DNA of 64,000 nucleotides, from IMG/VR virus record IMGVR_UViG_3300047557_002530; one strand, written 5' to 3'. Source of the DNA: a virus. Its lineage: Duplodnaviria; Caudoviricetes. The position numbers and the translations under genes were made by a program. The first letter of the stretch is position 1, and every line of letters begins with the position of its first letter. The notes beneath the pieces are model-generated. The model was not told the origin of the DNA, ran no database searches, and saw only the letters and a list, made by a program, of their open reading frames with translations. Shown in pieces: positions 1-9,934 of this stretch.

Positions 1-1
1 A

Positions 2-1177
2 TCTACAAATCCAGGATACATTAGAATTGACAATGAAATTATTTCTTATACTGGAGTAAATACTTCAGTATCACCACCTCTTTTAACTGGTATAACCAGA
101 TCTATCGATCAAACAAAGTCATTTAGTTATAGTGCAGGGACATTAGTATACAAATATGAACTTGCCTCTGTTTCTCTACGTCGTATTAATAGGACGCATA
201 ATTTAGCAGACGCAACTGTTTCGGAACCATATGATCTTGATTATTATCATGTTAAGTTAGATATGAGTGATCAAAGTTCTACAATGACAAATAGGACTCT
301 ATCGACTGGATATCCAAAGTTATTCATAAATCAAACAAAATCAACTGGCGGTTCGGAAATAAATGCAACCCAGAATATACCTTTTGAAATTGTTAAACCA
401 GTAGTACAAACAATGTCTTTGAGAGGAACTAATATCAATGCGGCACTAAGAACTGTTAGTGGAAGCAGCGTTGATGGAAATGAAATTCCATTTATCGACC
501 AGGGATTCGAACAGATCAACTTAAATGCTACAAATTATTTAAGTACCCCAAGAGTTGTTGCATCAAAGGTAAATGAAAATTCAAAAACAACGAATTTGCC
601 TGCCAACAAATCTCTTACTTTAAACTTAAATCTTTCAACAACAAATGCATACGTATCTCCAGTAATTGACTTGGATAGAGTTGGAATGATTTTCACTTCC
701 AACAGAGTAAATAATGCAATATCTAATTATGCCACTGATGATAGAGTATCAACTTTAAAAGATGATCCCTCATCTTTTGTCTATGCAACAAAGCCAATTT
801 CATTAGAAACCCCAGCATCATCTATAAAAGTAATACTAAGTGCATATATTAACACTTATAGTGATATTAGGTGTTTATACGCAATAACTGATGACCCTAA
901 TTCAGATTTAATCTACTATCCTTTCCCAGGATATACCAATTTAACTTCCAGTGGAGATATAATAAGTTTGTCTGATAGTAATGGATTGCCAGACAAAATG
1001 GTTTCTAAAACTGATTTAATTGGATTTGATAGTGATGTTCTTGACTTTAGGGAGTATGAATTCACTATCGATAATCTGCCAGCATTTAGATATTTTGGCA
1101 TCAAGCTTGTTGGAACCTCAACAAATCAAGCATATCCACCAAGATATAAAGATTTGAGAATTATAGCATTGGCATAA
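2..1177 (+). CDS. C-terminal part of a large virion structural protein (VrlC/DUF4815-like), 5' end lies outside the window
   Basis: Frame is open from position 2 into the tracked ORF 263..1177. Thr/Ser/Asn-rich beta protein ending in FGIKLVGTSTNQAYPPRYKDLRIIALA, upstream of the neck genes as in cyanomyoviruses. Confidence 0.6.
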   Translation, partial: STNPGYIRIDNEIISYTGVNTSVSPPLLTGITRSIDQTKSFSYSAGTLVYKYELASVSLRRINRTHNLADATVSEPYDLDYYHVKLDMSDQSSTMTNRTLSTGYPKLFINQTKSTGGSEINATQNIPFEIVKPVVQTMSLRGTNINAALRTVSGSSVDGNEIPFIDQGFEQINLNATNYLSTPRVVASKVNENSKTTNLPANKSLTLNLNLSTTNAYVSPVIDLDRVGMIFTSNRVNNAISNYATDDRVSTLKDDPSSFVYATKPISLETPASSIKVILSAYINTYSDIRCLYAITDDPNSDLIYYPFPGYTNLTSSGDIISLSDSNGLPDKMVSKTDLIGFDSDVLDFREYEFTIDNLPAFRYFGIKLVGTSTNQAYPPRYKDLRIIALA

Positions 1178-1183
1178 TAAATT

Positions 1184-1411
1184 ATGAAATATTCTAAAGT
1201 TAACGGTCACTCCAATTTAATTAGAGATGAAGAAACTAAAGCAATTATTAACACAAACATGACAGATTACAATAACTATATTATGCAAAAAAGAATAAAA
1301 GAAAAAGAAAATCAAAAATTACAGAATCTTGAGAAAGATTTTGTTAACATGAAAGAAGATTTAAATGAAATCAAATCTTTACTCAGGAGTTTAATTGATG
1401 GACCCAAATAA
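1184..1411 (+). CDS. conserved hypothetical protein with C-terminal coiled coil
   Basis: 75-aa ORF, co-oriented, tight spacing with neighbours. Confidence 0.75.
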   Translation: MKYSKVNGHSNLIRDEETKAIINTNMTDYNNYIMQKRIKEKENQKLQNLEKDFVNMKEDLNEIKSLLRSLIDGPK

Positions 1412-1580
1412 TATAGAACTTGACAATTTAAGCAAAAGTTTTGAATACTTTAAAGTTTCATCAGAGATAGATAGTATAGATGATATCGTCCAATTAAAAA
1501 ATATTGCAAAATGTTATTATAAATTATACTTAAAACAACAAGAAGTAATTTCAAATTTAGGTGTTTTAAATGGCAGATAA
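1395..1580 (+). CDS. small helical protein, possible NblA-like phycobilisome degradation adaptor
   Basis: 61 aa with a helix-loop-helix pattern (LSKSFEY..IDSIDD..QLKN..K.YYKLYLKQQEV) spaced like NblA. Weak similarity judged by eye. Confidence 0.4.
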   Translation: MMDPNNIELDNLSKSFEYFKVSSEIDSIDDIVQLKNIAKCYYKLYLKQQEVISNLGVLNGR

Positions 1581-1956
1581 AAGAATAACTTTTGATGTAA
1601 CTTCAGGAACTCCAAGTTTTGTCAATTTAACTATTAACACTGGTGCCACATTTACTGCAAACTTTGCAGTAGTGAATACATCAAATTCTGCTTTTAATTT
1701 CTCTGGATGGACGGGATCATCTCAAATAGCAAAAAGTGTTTCTATTGGTTCTAGTTCATATGCTGCAGAAACATTTAATGTTGGATTTACTAGTGCTGCA
1801 GGTGGAAAATTTAATATATCTTTAGGATCAACCCAAACAAGGTCTTTAAAAGAAGGAAGATATGTTTATGATGTTCTTGTGAGTTCAGGTTCTACTGTAT
1901 ATAGAATTGTTGAAGGAAATATTTTAGTAAAACCTGGAATTTCCTCCGCACCATAA
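1570..1956 (+). CDS. putative structural protein (Ig-like/BppU N-terminal-like beta fold)
   Basis: 128 aa with GRYVYDVLV...YRIVEGNILVKPG motif, directly upstream of gp13. Confidence 0.5.
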   Translation: MADKRITFDVTSGTPSFVNLTINTGATFTANFAVVNTSNSAFNFSGWTGSSQIAKSVSIGSSSYAAETFNVGFTSAAGGKFNISLGSTQTRSLKEGRYVYDVLVSSGSTVYRIVEGNILVKPGISSAP

Positions 1957-1978
1957 ATATTCTGAGAGGTATCAATAA

Positions 1979-2830
1979 ATGGCGCAACCATCTACTAGAC
2001 AAGAGTTAATAGATTACTGCAAAAGAAAACTGGGAGCGCCAGTTTTGGAAATTAATGTTGCAGATGAGCAGATTGAAGATCTTGTAGATGACGCAGTTCA
2101 GTTTTTCCAAGAAAGACATTTTGATGGCGTTTATCCAACATTTTATAAGTATAAGATAACGGCAGCAGATATTGCTCGGGGAAGAGCAAAGGGACTTGAT
2201 GCAACCAGTAATGTTGGCATCGTAACAACAACTGTCAATACAAATATCGTAGGTACTGCAGTAACTTTTACTTACAACGAAAATAGTAATTATTTACAAG
2301 TTCCTCCAAATGTAATTGGAATTAACAAAGTTTTTAGTTTTGATAGCTCAAACACAATTACTCACAATATGTTTAGTGTGAAATATCAGTTATTTCTAAA
2401 TGATGTTTATTATTGGGGAACAACGGAACTTCTAAGTTACGCTATGGTTAAAACATATTTGGAAGACTTAGATTTTCTATTAAATACTCAGAAACAAATT
2501 CGTTTCAACAAAAGACAAGATAGGTTATATCTAGACATCGATTGGGGAACTGTTAGCGAAAATAATTACTTTATTATTGACTGCTATTCAACATTGGACC
2601 CAAATGATTATTCAAGGGTTTGGAATGATTCTTTCATTAAACCGTATCTAACCTCATTAATTAAGAGGCAGTGGGGGCAAAATATGATGAAGTTTACTGG
2701 CGTAAAACTTCCAGGCGGAGTTGAGCTGAATGGAAGACAAATGTATGATGACGCGCAGAAAGAAATTGATATTTTGATGGAAAAAATGTCTAATACTTAT
2801 GAACTTCCACCTCTAGATATGATCGGATAA
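1979..2830 (+). CDS. gp13: neck protein gp13
   Basis: RQELIDYCKRKLGAPVLEINV and LPGGVELNG motifs, synteny with gp14-17. Confidence 0.93.
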   Translation: MAQPSTRQELIDYCKRKLGAPVLEINVADEQIEDLVDDAVQFFQERHFDGVYPTFYKYKITAADIARGRAKGLDATSNVGIVTTTVNTNIVGTAVTFTYNENSNYLQVPPNVIGINKVFSFDSSNTITHNMFSVKYQLFLNDVYYWGTTELLSYAMVKTYLEDLDFLLNTQKQIRFNKRQDRLYLDIDWGTVSENNYFIIDCYSTLDPNDYSRVWNDSFIKPYLTSLIKRQWGQNMMKFTGVKLPGGVELNGRQMYDDAQKEIDILMEKMSNTYELPPLDMIG

Positions 2831-2831
2831 A

Positions 2832-4208
2832 ATGTTAAATCCATTCTTTCTACAAGGTTCTTCTTCAGAACAAGGTCTAATACAAGATCTGATAAACGAA
2901 CAGATCAGAATGTATGGTGTTGAAATATATTATATTCCAAGAAAGTATATTACAGAAAAGACTGTAATAAAAGAGGTTATACAATCAAGATTTGACAATG
3001 CTTATCCTTTAGAAGCATATGTCAACAGTTATGATGGATATGGTGGAACAGGAACTATTTTATCAAAATTTGGTATTCAGGATCTTGATGATTTAACTTT
3101 AATAATTTCTAGAGAGAGATTTGAAACTTATATCAGCCCTCTTATAAAAAACTTAACTGATATAAAATTATCTACAAGACCTAAAGAGGGAGATTTAATT
3201 TATTTCCCATTGGGAGATAGGTTATTTGAGATCAAATATGTAGAGCACGAACAACCATTCTATCAACTTCAAAAAAATTATGTTTATGAATTACGATGCG
3301 AACTCTTCAGATATGAAGATGAGGTTGTTGATACTAGTATTGAAGAAATAGACGATAATATTCAAAATCAAGGTTATATTCAAACATTAACTGTAGTCGG
3401 AACAGCAATTACCGCAACAGCATTTACAAATATTGTAAATGGTGGTGTTAGATTCATTAGAGTATCTAATAGAGGAGGTGGATTTAATACAGCACCGAAG
3501 GTGGCAATTTCTTCTGCTCCATCTGGCGGATATACTGCAGTTGGTGTTGCAACGATGATCGACAACTTGATTGATTGTAATGGAACATCATCATTAAAAG
3601 TTCAAGGCGTTGAAGTAGTTAATTCTGGTTACGGTTATACAGTTGCTCCCGCTATTGCTTTTATTGGAGGTGGTGGAAGTGGTGTTGCGGCAACAGCAAT
3701 AATAGGTGATGGTATTGTTGGAATAGTTACAATAACAAACGGCGGTTCTGGTTATTCAGCATCACCAACAGTAACGTTTAGTGGTCCAGGGATAGGAACT
3801 ACTGCAGTTGGTTATGCTGTAGTTAGTGCTGCGGGCACAATTACTCAAATAAGACTAAGAGACGCGGGTATAGGATATACGACAGCACCAACTATTACCA
3901 TAGCAAGTCCAGGTTCAAGTGGATCCGGATCATTTAAGTACAATGAAATTGTGACAGGATCAGTTTCTGGAACAACTGCAAGAGTAAATTCTTGGGATTC
4001 AGATAATAATAAACTTGAAGTTTTTATTGTCAGTGGATCTTTTGCGTCAGGAGAAACTATTACGGGATCTACAAGCGGAGCATCATACAAATTAAGAACA
4101 CTAAAATCAGATAATTTAGTTGATCCTTATTCTCAAAATGACGTTATAGAGGAAGAGGCAGATAAAGTTATTGATTTTAGCGAATCAAATCCTTTTGGCA
4201 CATTGTGA
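2832..4208 (+). CDS. gp14: neck protein gp14 with Gly-rich repeat insertion
   Basis: N-terminal EQGLIQDLINEQIRMYG, RPKEGDLIYFP, FEIKYVEHEQPFYQL; C-terminal DFSESNPFG. Confidence 0.9.
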   Translation: MLNPFFLQGSSSEQGLIQDLINEQIRMYGVEIYYIPRKYITEKTVIKEVIQSRFDNAYPLEAYVNSYDGYGGTGTILSKFGIQDLDDLTLIISRERFETYISPLIKNLTDIKLSTRPKEGDLIYFPLGDRLFEIKYVEHEQPFYQLQKNYVYELRCELFRYEDEVVDTSIEEIDDNIQNQGYIQTLTVVGTAITATAFTNIVNGGVRFIRVSNRGGGFNTAPKVAISSAPSGGYTAVGVATMIDNLIDCNGTSSLKVQGVEVVNSGYGYTVAPAIAFIGGGGSGVAATAIIGDGIVGIVTITNGGSGYSASPTVTFSGPGIGTTAVGYAVVSAAGTITQIRLRDAGIGYTTAPTITIASPGSSGSGSFKYNEIVTGSVSGTTARVNSWDSDNNKLEVFIVSGSFASGETITGSTSGASYKLRTLKSDNLVDPYSQNDVIEEEADKVIDFSESNPFGTL

Positions 4209-4243
4209 CTTAAATAAATATTATATAAAATTTAAATAATAAA

Positions 4244-5245
4244 ATGTTTGAATATTTCTACAACGAAATTTTTAGAAAGACAATTGTGTCTTTTGGATCT
4301 TTATTTAATGATATTACTATAAAGCATAAAGACAGTTCTGGTTCTAATGTTAGTGTAATAAAAGTTCCTTTGGCGTATGGTCCAACTCAAAAATTTCTAG
4401 CTAGATTAGAACAATCCCCAGATTTAAATAAACCAGTTCAAATAACATTACCAAGAATGTCTTTTGAACTGGTTGGCATATCTTATGATGGTTCTAGAAA
4501 ATCTTCAACAGTTCAAACATTTCTATCTCCATCTGTTTCTGATGGAACTCAACAAAGAAAAACATATCTTCCGGTACCATACAATCTTGATTTTGAACTA
4601 AGCATATTCACAAAGTTGAATGATGATATGCTTCAAATCATCGAACAAATCTTACCATATTTTCAACCAGCATATAATATTACAATTGATTTAATCACAG
4701 AAATAGGCGAAAAGAGAGATGTACCAGTTATTTTAAACAGCATATCTATGAGCGATGATTATGAAGGTGATTTTTCACAAAGAAGGTCTTTGATTTATAC
4801 GTTAAGATTTACTGCAAAAACATATCTTTTTGGTCCATCTTCTTCTGTTTCTACCGATATTATCAAAAAAGTTTCTATTGGACTTATTTCTGGAGATTCT
4901 ACTTCAACTCCAACAAGAGAAGTTGTCTACTCAATAGAACCAAGAGCTACTAAAAATTATACCGGCAATATTACTACAAATCTATCCAAGAATATATCTA
5001 ATATAGATACTCTTGTTGAAGTTAATGATGCTTCATCTATTGCAGTCAATACTTACATTTATATAGATGAAGAAGAAATGTATGTTGATAAAAAAGCAGA
5101 TAATGTACTTACTGTTACAAGAGGTGCAGACAATACAAAAGCATCTTCCCATGTTTTAGGATCTGCAGTTTATAGAATAACTGCTGAGGATAATGCTTTG
5201 ATTAAAACTGGAGATGACTTTGGATTTAGCGAGAATATCTTATGA
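4244..5245 (+). CDS. gp15: tail sheath stabilizer/completion protein gp15
   Basis: IRKTIVSFGSLFN, VPLAYGP.QKFLARL, LPRMSFE, QIIEQILPYFQP motifs. Confidence 0.92.
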   Translation: MFEYFYNEIFRKTIVSFGSLFNDITIKHKDSSGSNVSVIKVPLAYGPTQKFLARLEQSPDLNKPVQITLPRMSFELVGISYDGSRKSSTVQTFLSPSVSDGTQQRKTYLPVPYNLDFELSIFTKLNDDMLQIIEQILPYFQPAYNITIDLITEIGEKRDVPVILNSISMSDDYEGDFSQRRSLIYTLRFTAKTYLFGPSSSVSTDIIKKVSIGLISGDSTSTPTREVVYSIEPRATKNYTGNITTNLSKNISNIDTLVEVNDASSIAVNTYIYIDEEEMYVDKKADNVLTVTRGADNTKASSHVLGSAVYRITAEDNALIKTGDDFGFSENIL

Positions 5246-5673
5246 AAATGACAAAGAAATTTGACGAGATTAATAAAACTTTCAATGTTGATGCGGAAAT
5301 AGTTCCCGTAGAAACCGAAAAAATTTCTACCGAAATTGAAAAGATATCTTCTGTTGCAGATGATGTTAAAAAAGATTATGAGTATACAAGAGGAAATCTT
5401 TATTCAATTATAGAAAAAGGACAAGAAGCAATTAATGGAATTTTAGAACTAGCTCAAGAAAGTGAGATGCCTAGAGCATATGAAGTTGCAGGACAACTGA
5501 TTAAAAATGTTGCAGATGCAACTGATAAATTGATGGATTTGCAGAAGAAACTAAAGGATATAGAAGAGGAAAAAGTTGGCAAGAGTCCCACAACTGTCAA
5601 TAATGCTTTGTTTGTTGGGTCTACCGCAGAATTGGCTAAACTTTTAAAAAACAATGAACTAGACAAACAATGA
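5242..5673 (+). CDS. gp16: terminase small subunit gp16
   Basis: DYEYTRGNLY, PRAYEVAGQLIK, NNALFVGST.EL motifs. Confidence 0.92.
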   Translation: MKMTKKFDEINKTFNVDAEIVPVETEKISTEIEKISSVADDVKKDYEYTRGNLYSIIEKGQEAINGILELAQESEMPRAYEVAGQLIKNVADATDKLMDLQKKLKDIEEEKVGKSPTTVNNALFVGSTAELAKLLKNNELDKQ

Positions 5674-5852
5674 ACTCAGAACTCCAAGAATTCTTTTCGT
5701 TAATTGGCAAAGCAAAAAAGGAAAAGGACGATGAGTTTAAATCTCTTGTCGGCGAAATTAATATTGATTCTAGATTTCTAAGACTCCTGGCATATCCAAA
5801 TTCTTCAAACACAACAATATTTAAAGTTATTATTACTACAATTAAATCATGA
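5670..5852 (+). pseudogene. 60-aa ORF, possibly an internally deleted remnant of a longer protein
   Basis: Charged helical N-terminus joined at NIDS to a beta-strand-like C-terminus (LRLLAYPNSSNTTIFKVIITTIKS). Confidence 0.35.
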
Positions 5853-6004
5853 AAACATTTAAACAGTTTCAAGAAGATTGGAGTAATAAATATAAAAAGA
5901 GTATTGACTGCTCAGATCCAAAAGGATTTTCTCAACGGGCACATTGTGCGGGGAGAAGAAAAAGAGCAAAAGGTGAGAAGACTAAATCAAAACCAGTTGA
6001 GTGA
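5849..6004 (+). CDS. 51-aa basic Cys-containing protein with capsid-targeting-like N-terminus (not in ORF track)
   Basis: Translated by hand: MKTFKQFQEDWSNKYKKSIDCSDPKGFSQRAHCAGRRKRAKGEKTKSKPVE. ATGA overlap upstream, GTGA overlap downstream. Confidence 0.8.
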   Translation: MKTFKQFQEDWSNKYKKSIDCSDPKGFSQRAHCAGRRKRAKGEKTKSKPVE

Positions 6005-7935
6005 TGCCCAAATTCAAGAGACATAAAACAGTTGAGCAAATTGCAAAGAAACATCGTCTTGATGTTTCTTTTATACAAAAGCAGCTTGATATGGGCGAAC
6101 CTATCGAACATGAACACACAAAAGATCATGAACTTGCTCGTAATATTGCTCTTCAACACTTAGATGAGATTCCAGATTATTACACTCGTTTGAAAAAGAT
6201 GGAGGCAGATGCTAAAAAGCATCATAAAAAATTTAAAGACGTGAAAGAAGAAACAGCATCTGGTGATGAAGATCTTGGGGATTGGTATAGAAAATCGAGT
6301 GGAACTGACCCCAAAACAGGAAGAAAAGTTCCAGGTTGGAGACAAATTGGTGGACCCTTTGCTGGTGCTCCATGCGCTCGTCAACCAGGTCAGAAATCCA
6401 CACCAAAATGCGGAAGTTCTAAGATGGCAGCAAACCTATCCGATGAGGAAGAGGAAGCAGCATTTAGAAGAAAAAATAGAAAAGACCCCAATCAGCCAGA
6501 AAAAACGGGTGCAGCAAAACCAACTAACGTCAGAACTGAAGAAATGGATTTACAAGAAAAGAAAAAGGAAGGCAAAAAAGACGCTTGTTACCATAAGGTA
6601 AAATCTAGATATTCTGTTTGGCCAAGTGCATATGCATCTGGAGCACTTGTAAAATGTCGTAGGGTTGGTGCAGACAACTGGGGAACTAAATCGGAGGAAA
6701 CCATGCACGAAGAAGAAAGATACTGTCCTTTATGTGACAAGAGAGAAACAAGATCTGAGTGTTCTTATGGCGAAAAAGCATGGGACAAAGTTTCTGTAAA
6801 AGATGAAGAATATTCAATGGCAAGATCAGAACTCAAAACTATTGAAGATGCAGTAAAAAGGATTAAATCAAAAGTTGCTAGAGGCGAGGGTGACTTAGAA
6901 GCATGGGTTCAATCAAAAATTACTAAAGCAGCAGATTATATTGATACTGCAGCTGATTACATTGCAAGTGGAGAGCATGATGTGGAAGAAGCATGGAAAA
7001 TGCCAGAAAAAATAGATCCCACAGTCATTAGAAGTTCTAAACGTTCTGCCAATATTAGAAAACTTTCACAACTAGGTGCTACAGAGGGAGAGCAATCTGC
7101 AGCACAAAACAAAAGAAGAGAACCACTAATGCCTTTAGTAAGAAAAGGTGACACTACAATTAGAAATATTAATGCCGAATATGAATCTTCTTTAGTCGAT
7201 AAAATTACAAGGGAAATATTAGACGAAAAATGTTGGCCTAATTATAAAAGAAAAAAAGGAACAAAAGAGTTTTCAAAAGGATCTTGCGTAAAAGCAGAAA
7301 ATGTGACTATTGAAGATGTTGATGGAAATACTTTTACCGAAGTGGTCGATATCATCAAACCAGAACCAATTAGAGGATTTAAGTCTCAAGTAAGTGAGGC
7401 AACAAGACTTCAAGCACAAACTGGAAATGTTATTGCAGTAACTCTTTCTTGGAGAGGAAAATATTATTCTATGAAGATGTTTTTCCCTCAGGTTAAAACA
7501 CCATCAAGAAAGGAAATAAATGATGAACTTCAAAAAGTTTATCCAGGATCTGTTGCAATTTATCATTCAGTTTCCGAAATTCAACCAGGACAACCACTAG
7601 TTCAAATGTGTGGTCCTCAAGGAGGAAGTTCAGCAAAACCCGGACCAAGTAAAAATTATGTAAAAACTATGGGCGAAGAAGTTGAGTTGGAAGAAGAAGG
7701 ACCATCCCTGTCTGTGGGTAGAGGAGAAAAACTTCCTGTAAGTAGAGGTGGGGGTCTTACTAAAAAAGGAAGGGACAAATATAATCGTGCTACGGGATCA
7801 AATTTGCAAGCACCAGTAACTGGAGATGTAGAACCAGGAAGTGCAGCAGCAAAGCGTCGTAGAGGATTTTGCTCTCGTAGTAGAAGTTGGAAAGGAGAAA
7901 GAGGATTAGCAGCGAGGAGACGTTGGAAGTGCTAA
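6001..7935 (+). CDS. modular basic protein (DUF5661-, DUF5872-, DUF6321-like modules), putative internal head polyprotein
   Basis: 644 aa of short Lys/Arg/Cys-rich modules separated by xxEE/LxE sites, between gp16 and gp17. Confidence 0.7.
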   Translation: MMPKFKRHKTVEQIAKKHRLDVSFIQKQLDMGEPIEHEHTKDHELARNIALQHLDEIPDYYTRLKKMEADAKKHHKKFKDVKEETASGDEDLGDWYRKSSGTDPKTGRKVPGWRQIGGPFAGAPCARQPGQKSTPKCGSSKMAANLSDEEEEAAFRRKNRKDPNQPEKTGAAKPTNVRTEEMDLQEKKKEGKKDACYHKVKSRYSVWPSAYASGALVKCRRVGADNWGTKSEETMHEEERYCPLCDKRETRSECSYGEKAWDKVSVKDEEYSMARSELKTIEDAVKRIKSKVARGEGDLEAWVQSKITKAADYIDTAADYIASGEHDVEEAWKMPEKIDPTVIRSSKRSANIRKLSQLGATEGEQSAAQNKRREPLMPLVRKGDTTIRNINAEYESSLVDKITREILDEKCWPNYKRKKGTKEFSKGSCVKAENVTIEDVDGNTFTEVVDIIKPEPIRGFKSQVSEATRLQAQTGNVIAVTLSWRGKYYSMKMFFPQVKTPSRKEINDELQKVYPGSVAIYHSVSEIQPGQPLVQMCGPQGGSSAKPGPSKNYVKTMGEEVELEEEGPSLSVGRGEKLPVSRGGGLTKKGRDKYNRATGSNLQAPVTGDVEPGSAAAKRRRGFCSRSRSWKGERGLAARRRWKC

Positions 7936-7972
7936 TTTATACTTATATTTAAAAAATAGAGGTTGATTTATT

Positions 7973-9622
7973 ATGTCAAATGATGTATATCTCGGTAATC
8001 CGTTATTAAAAAAAGCAAATACTCCTATTGAATTTACCCAAGAGCAAATTATAGAATTTGTTAAGTGTAAAGATGATCCTGTTTACTTTGCAAATAATTA
8101 TGTAAAAATCGTAACCCTGGATCACGGTCTACAAACTTTCAAACCATATCATTTCCAAGAGAAGTTAATCAATAACTTCCATAATAATAGATTTAATATC
8201 TGCAAGATGCCACGACAGACTGGCAAATCAACCACTGTTGTTTCGTTCTTGCTTCACTATGCAGTTTTTAACGATAACGTAAATATTGGTATTCTCGCAA
8301 ACAAAGCAGCAACTGCTAGAGAACTATTAGACAGACTGCAAACTGCTTATGAAAATCTACCAAAGTGGATGCAACAAGGTATTATATCTTGGAACAAAGG
8401 TTCTCTAGAACTTGAGAATGGTTCTAAAATCTTAGCAGCATCAACATCTGCTTCTGCTGTTCGAGGAATGTCTTTCAACATTCTATTCTTGGACGAATTT
8501 GCGTTCGTTCCAAATCATATTGCAGATTCATTCTTTGCATCGGTTTATCCTACCATCACTTCAGGTAAGCAAACCAAAGTTATCATAGTTTCCACGCCTC
8601 ACGGTATGAATCATTTTTACCGAATGTGGCACGATGCAGAAAAGGGTAAAAATGAATATGTATTTACGGATGTTCACTGGAGCGAAGTTCCAGGTAGAGA
8701 TGAGGAATGGAAAAAGCAAACAATTGCAAACACTTCCGAACAACAATTTAAAGTTGAGTTTGAATGCGAATTTCTAGGATCTGTTGATACGCTTATTGCA
8801 CCATCTAAACTCAGAACCCTCGTCTATGATGCCCCCAAGACCCGTAGCGCGGGTTTAGATGTTTATATGAATCCCATAGAGAATAATGACTATCTAATCA
8901 CTGTAGACGTTGCTAGAGGGGTAGGAAATGATTATTCAGCATTTGTAGTCATAGATATTACCCAGTTCCCTCACAAAGTAGTTGCAAAATATAGAAATAA
9001 TGAAATAAAACCAATGATGTTTCCAAGCATAATACACGAAGCTGCAACAGCATATAATAGTGCTTACATATTATGCGAGGTTAATGATGTTGGGGATCAG
9101 GTTGCAAGTATTCTACAATATGATCTTGAATATAATAATCTTTTGATGTGCTCTATGCGAGGTAGAGCGGGTCAAATTGTTGGGCAAGGATTTTCTGGTA
9201 AGAAAACTCAACTTGGGGTAAAGATGTCTAAAACCGTGAAAAAGGTTGGATGTCTTAACCTCAAGACAATGATTGAGGAAAATAAACTTTTTCTAAACGA
9301 TTATGAGATCATTGCAGAATTAACAACTTTTATTCAAAAGCACAATTCCTTTGAGGCAGAAGAAGGATGTAATGACGATTTGGCTATGTGCTTAGTGATT
9401 TATGCTTGGTTAGTAGCACAAGATTATTTTAAAGAACTTACAGATCAAGATGTAAGAAAAAGATTATATGAAGAACAAAAAAATCAGATAGAACAAGATA
9501 TGTCTCCCTTTGGATTTATTTCGGATGGAATAGATGCTAATGCAAGTTTTGTTGATACTGAAGGTGATAGGTGGTATGTCGATGAATATGGAGATAGATC
9601 ATATATGTGGGAATATATGTGA
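7973..9622 (+). CDS. gp17: terminase large subunit gp17
   Basis: Walker A PRQTGKST, Walker B ILFLDE, VSTPHG, nuclease DVARG and DDLAM motifs. Confidence 0.97.
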   Translation: MSNDVYLGNPLLKKANTPIEFTQEQIIEFVKCKDDPVYFANNYVKIVTLDHGLQTFKPYHFQEKLINNFHNNRFNICKMPRQTGKSTTVVSFLLHYAVFNDNVNIGILANKAATARELLDRLQTAYENLPKWMQQGIISWNKGSLELENGSKILAASTSASAVRGMSFNILFLDEFAFVPNHIADSFFASVYPTITSGKQTKVIIVSTPHGMNHFYRMWHDAEKGKNEYVFTDVHWSEVPGRDEEWKKQTIANTSEQQFKVEFECEFLGSVDTLIAPSKLRTLVYDAPKTRSAGLDVYMNPIENNDYLITVDVARGVGNDYSAFVVIDITQFPHKVVAKYRNNEIKPMMFPSIIHEAATAYNSAYILCEVNDVGDQVASILQYDLEYNNLLMCSMRGRAGQIVGQGFSGKKTQLGVKMSKTVKKVGCLNLKTMIEENKLFLNDYEIIAELTTFIQKHNSFEAEEGCNDDLAMCLVIYAWLVAQDYFKELTDQDVRKRLYEEQKNQIEQDMSPFGFISDGIDANASFVDTEGDRWYVDEYGDRSYMWEYM

Positions 9623-9853
9623 ATGGATATAGACAAACAATTAAAACTGGGACATCTTTTACTGACTGACAGAAAATGCAGAGTATGTAAAGAAATAAAA
9701 AATTTAGTAGAAGATTTTTATAGAACAAGAAAAGATAGAGGTCCTGTTGCATCTTCATACTCATACGAATGTAAAGAATGTACTATAAAAAGAATTATTG
9801 ACTCAAATAAAGATTCAAAAAAGTCGTATTTTTGGGAATATCCAGATTGGTAG
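9623..9853 (+). CDS. small zinc-finger-like protein
   Basis: CRVC...CKEC pairs in 76 aa. Confidence 0.7.
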   Translation: MDIDKQLKLGHLLLTDRKCRVCKEIKNLVEDFYRTRKDRGPVASSYSYECKECTIKRIIDSNKDSKKSYFWEYPDW

Positions 9854-9934
9854 ATATTCACGTCACATTTCCCCCGTGAAAAGTAACTTTTTAATAAATA
9901 TTTTTTAGATAAACTGAGATTTACGGAGAAAAAC

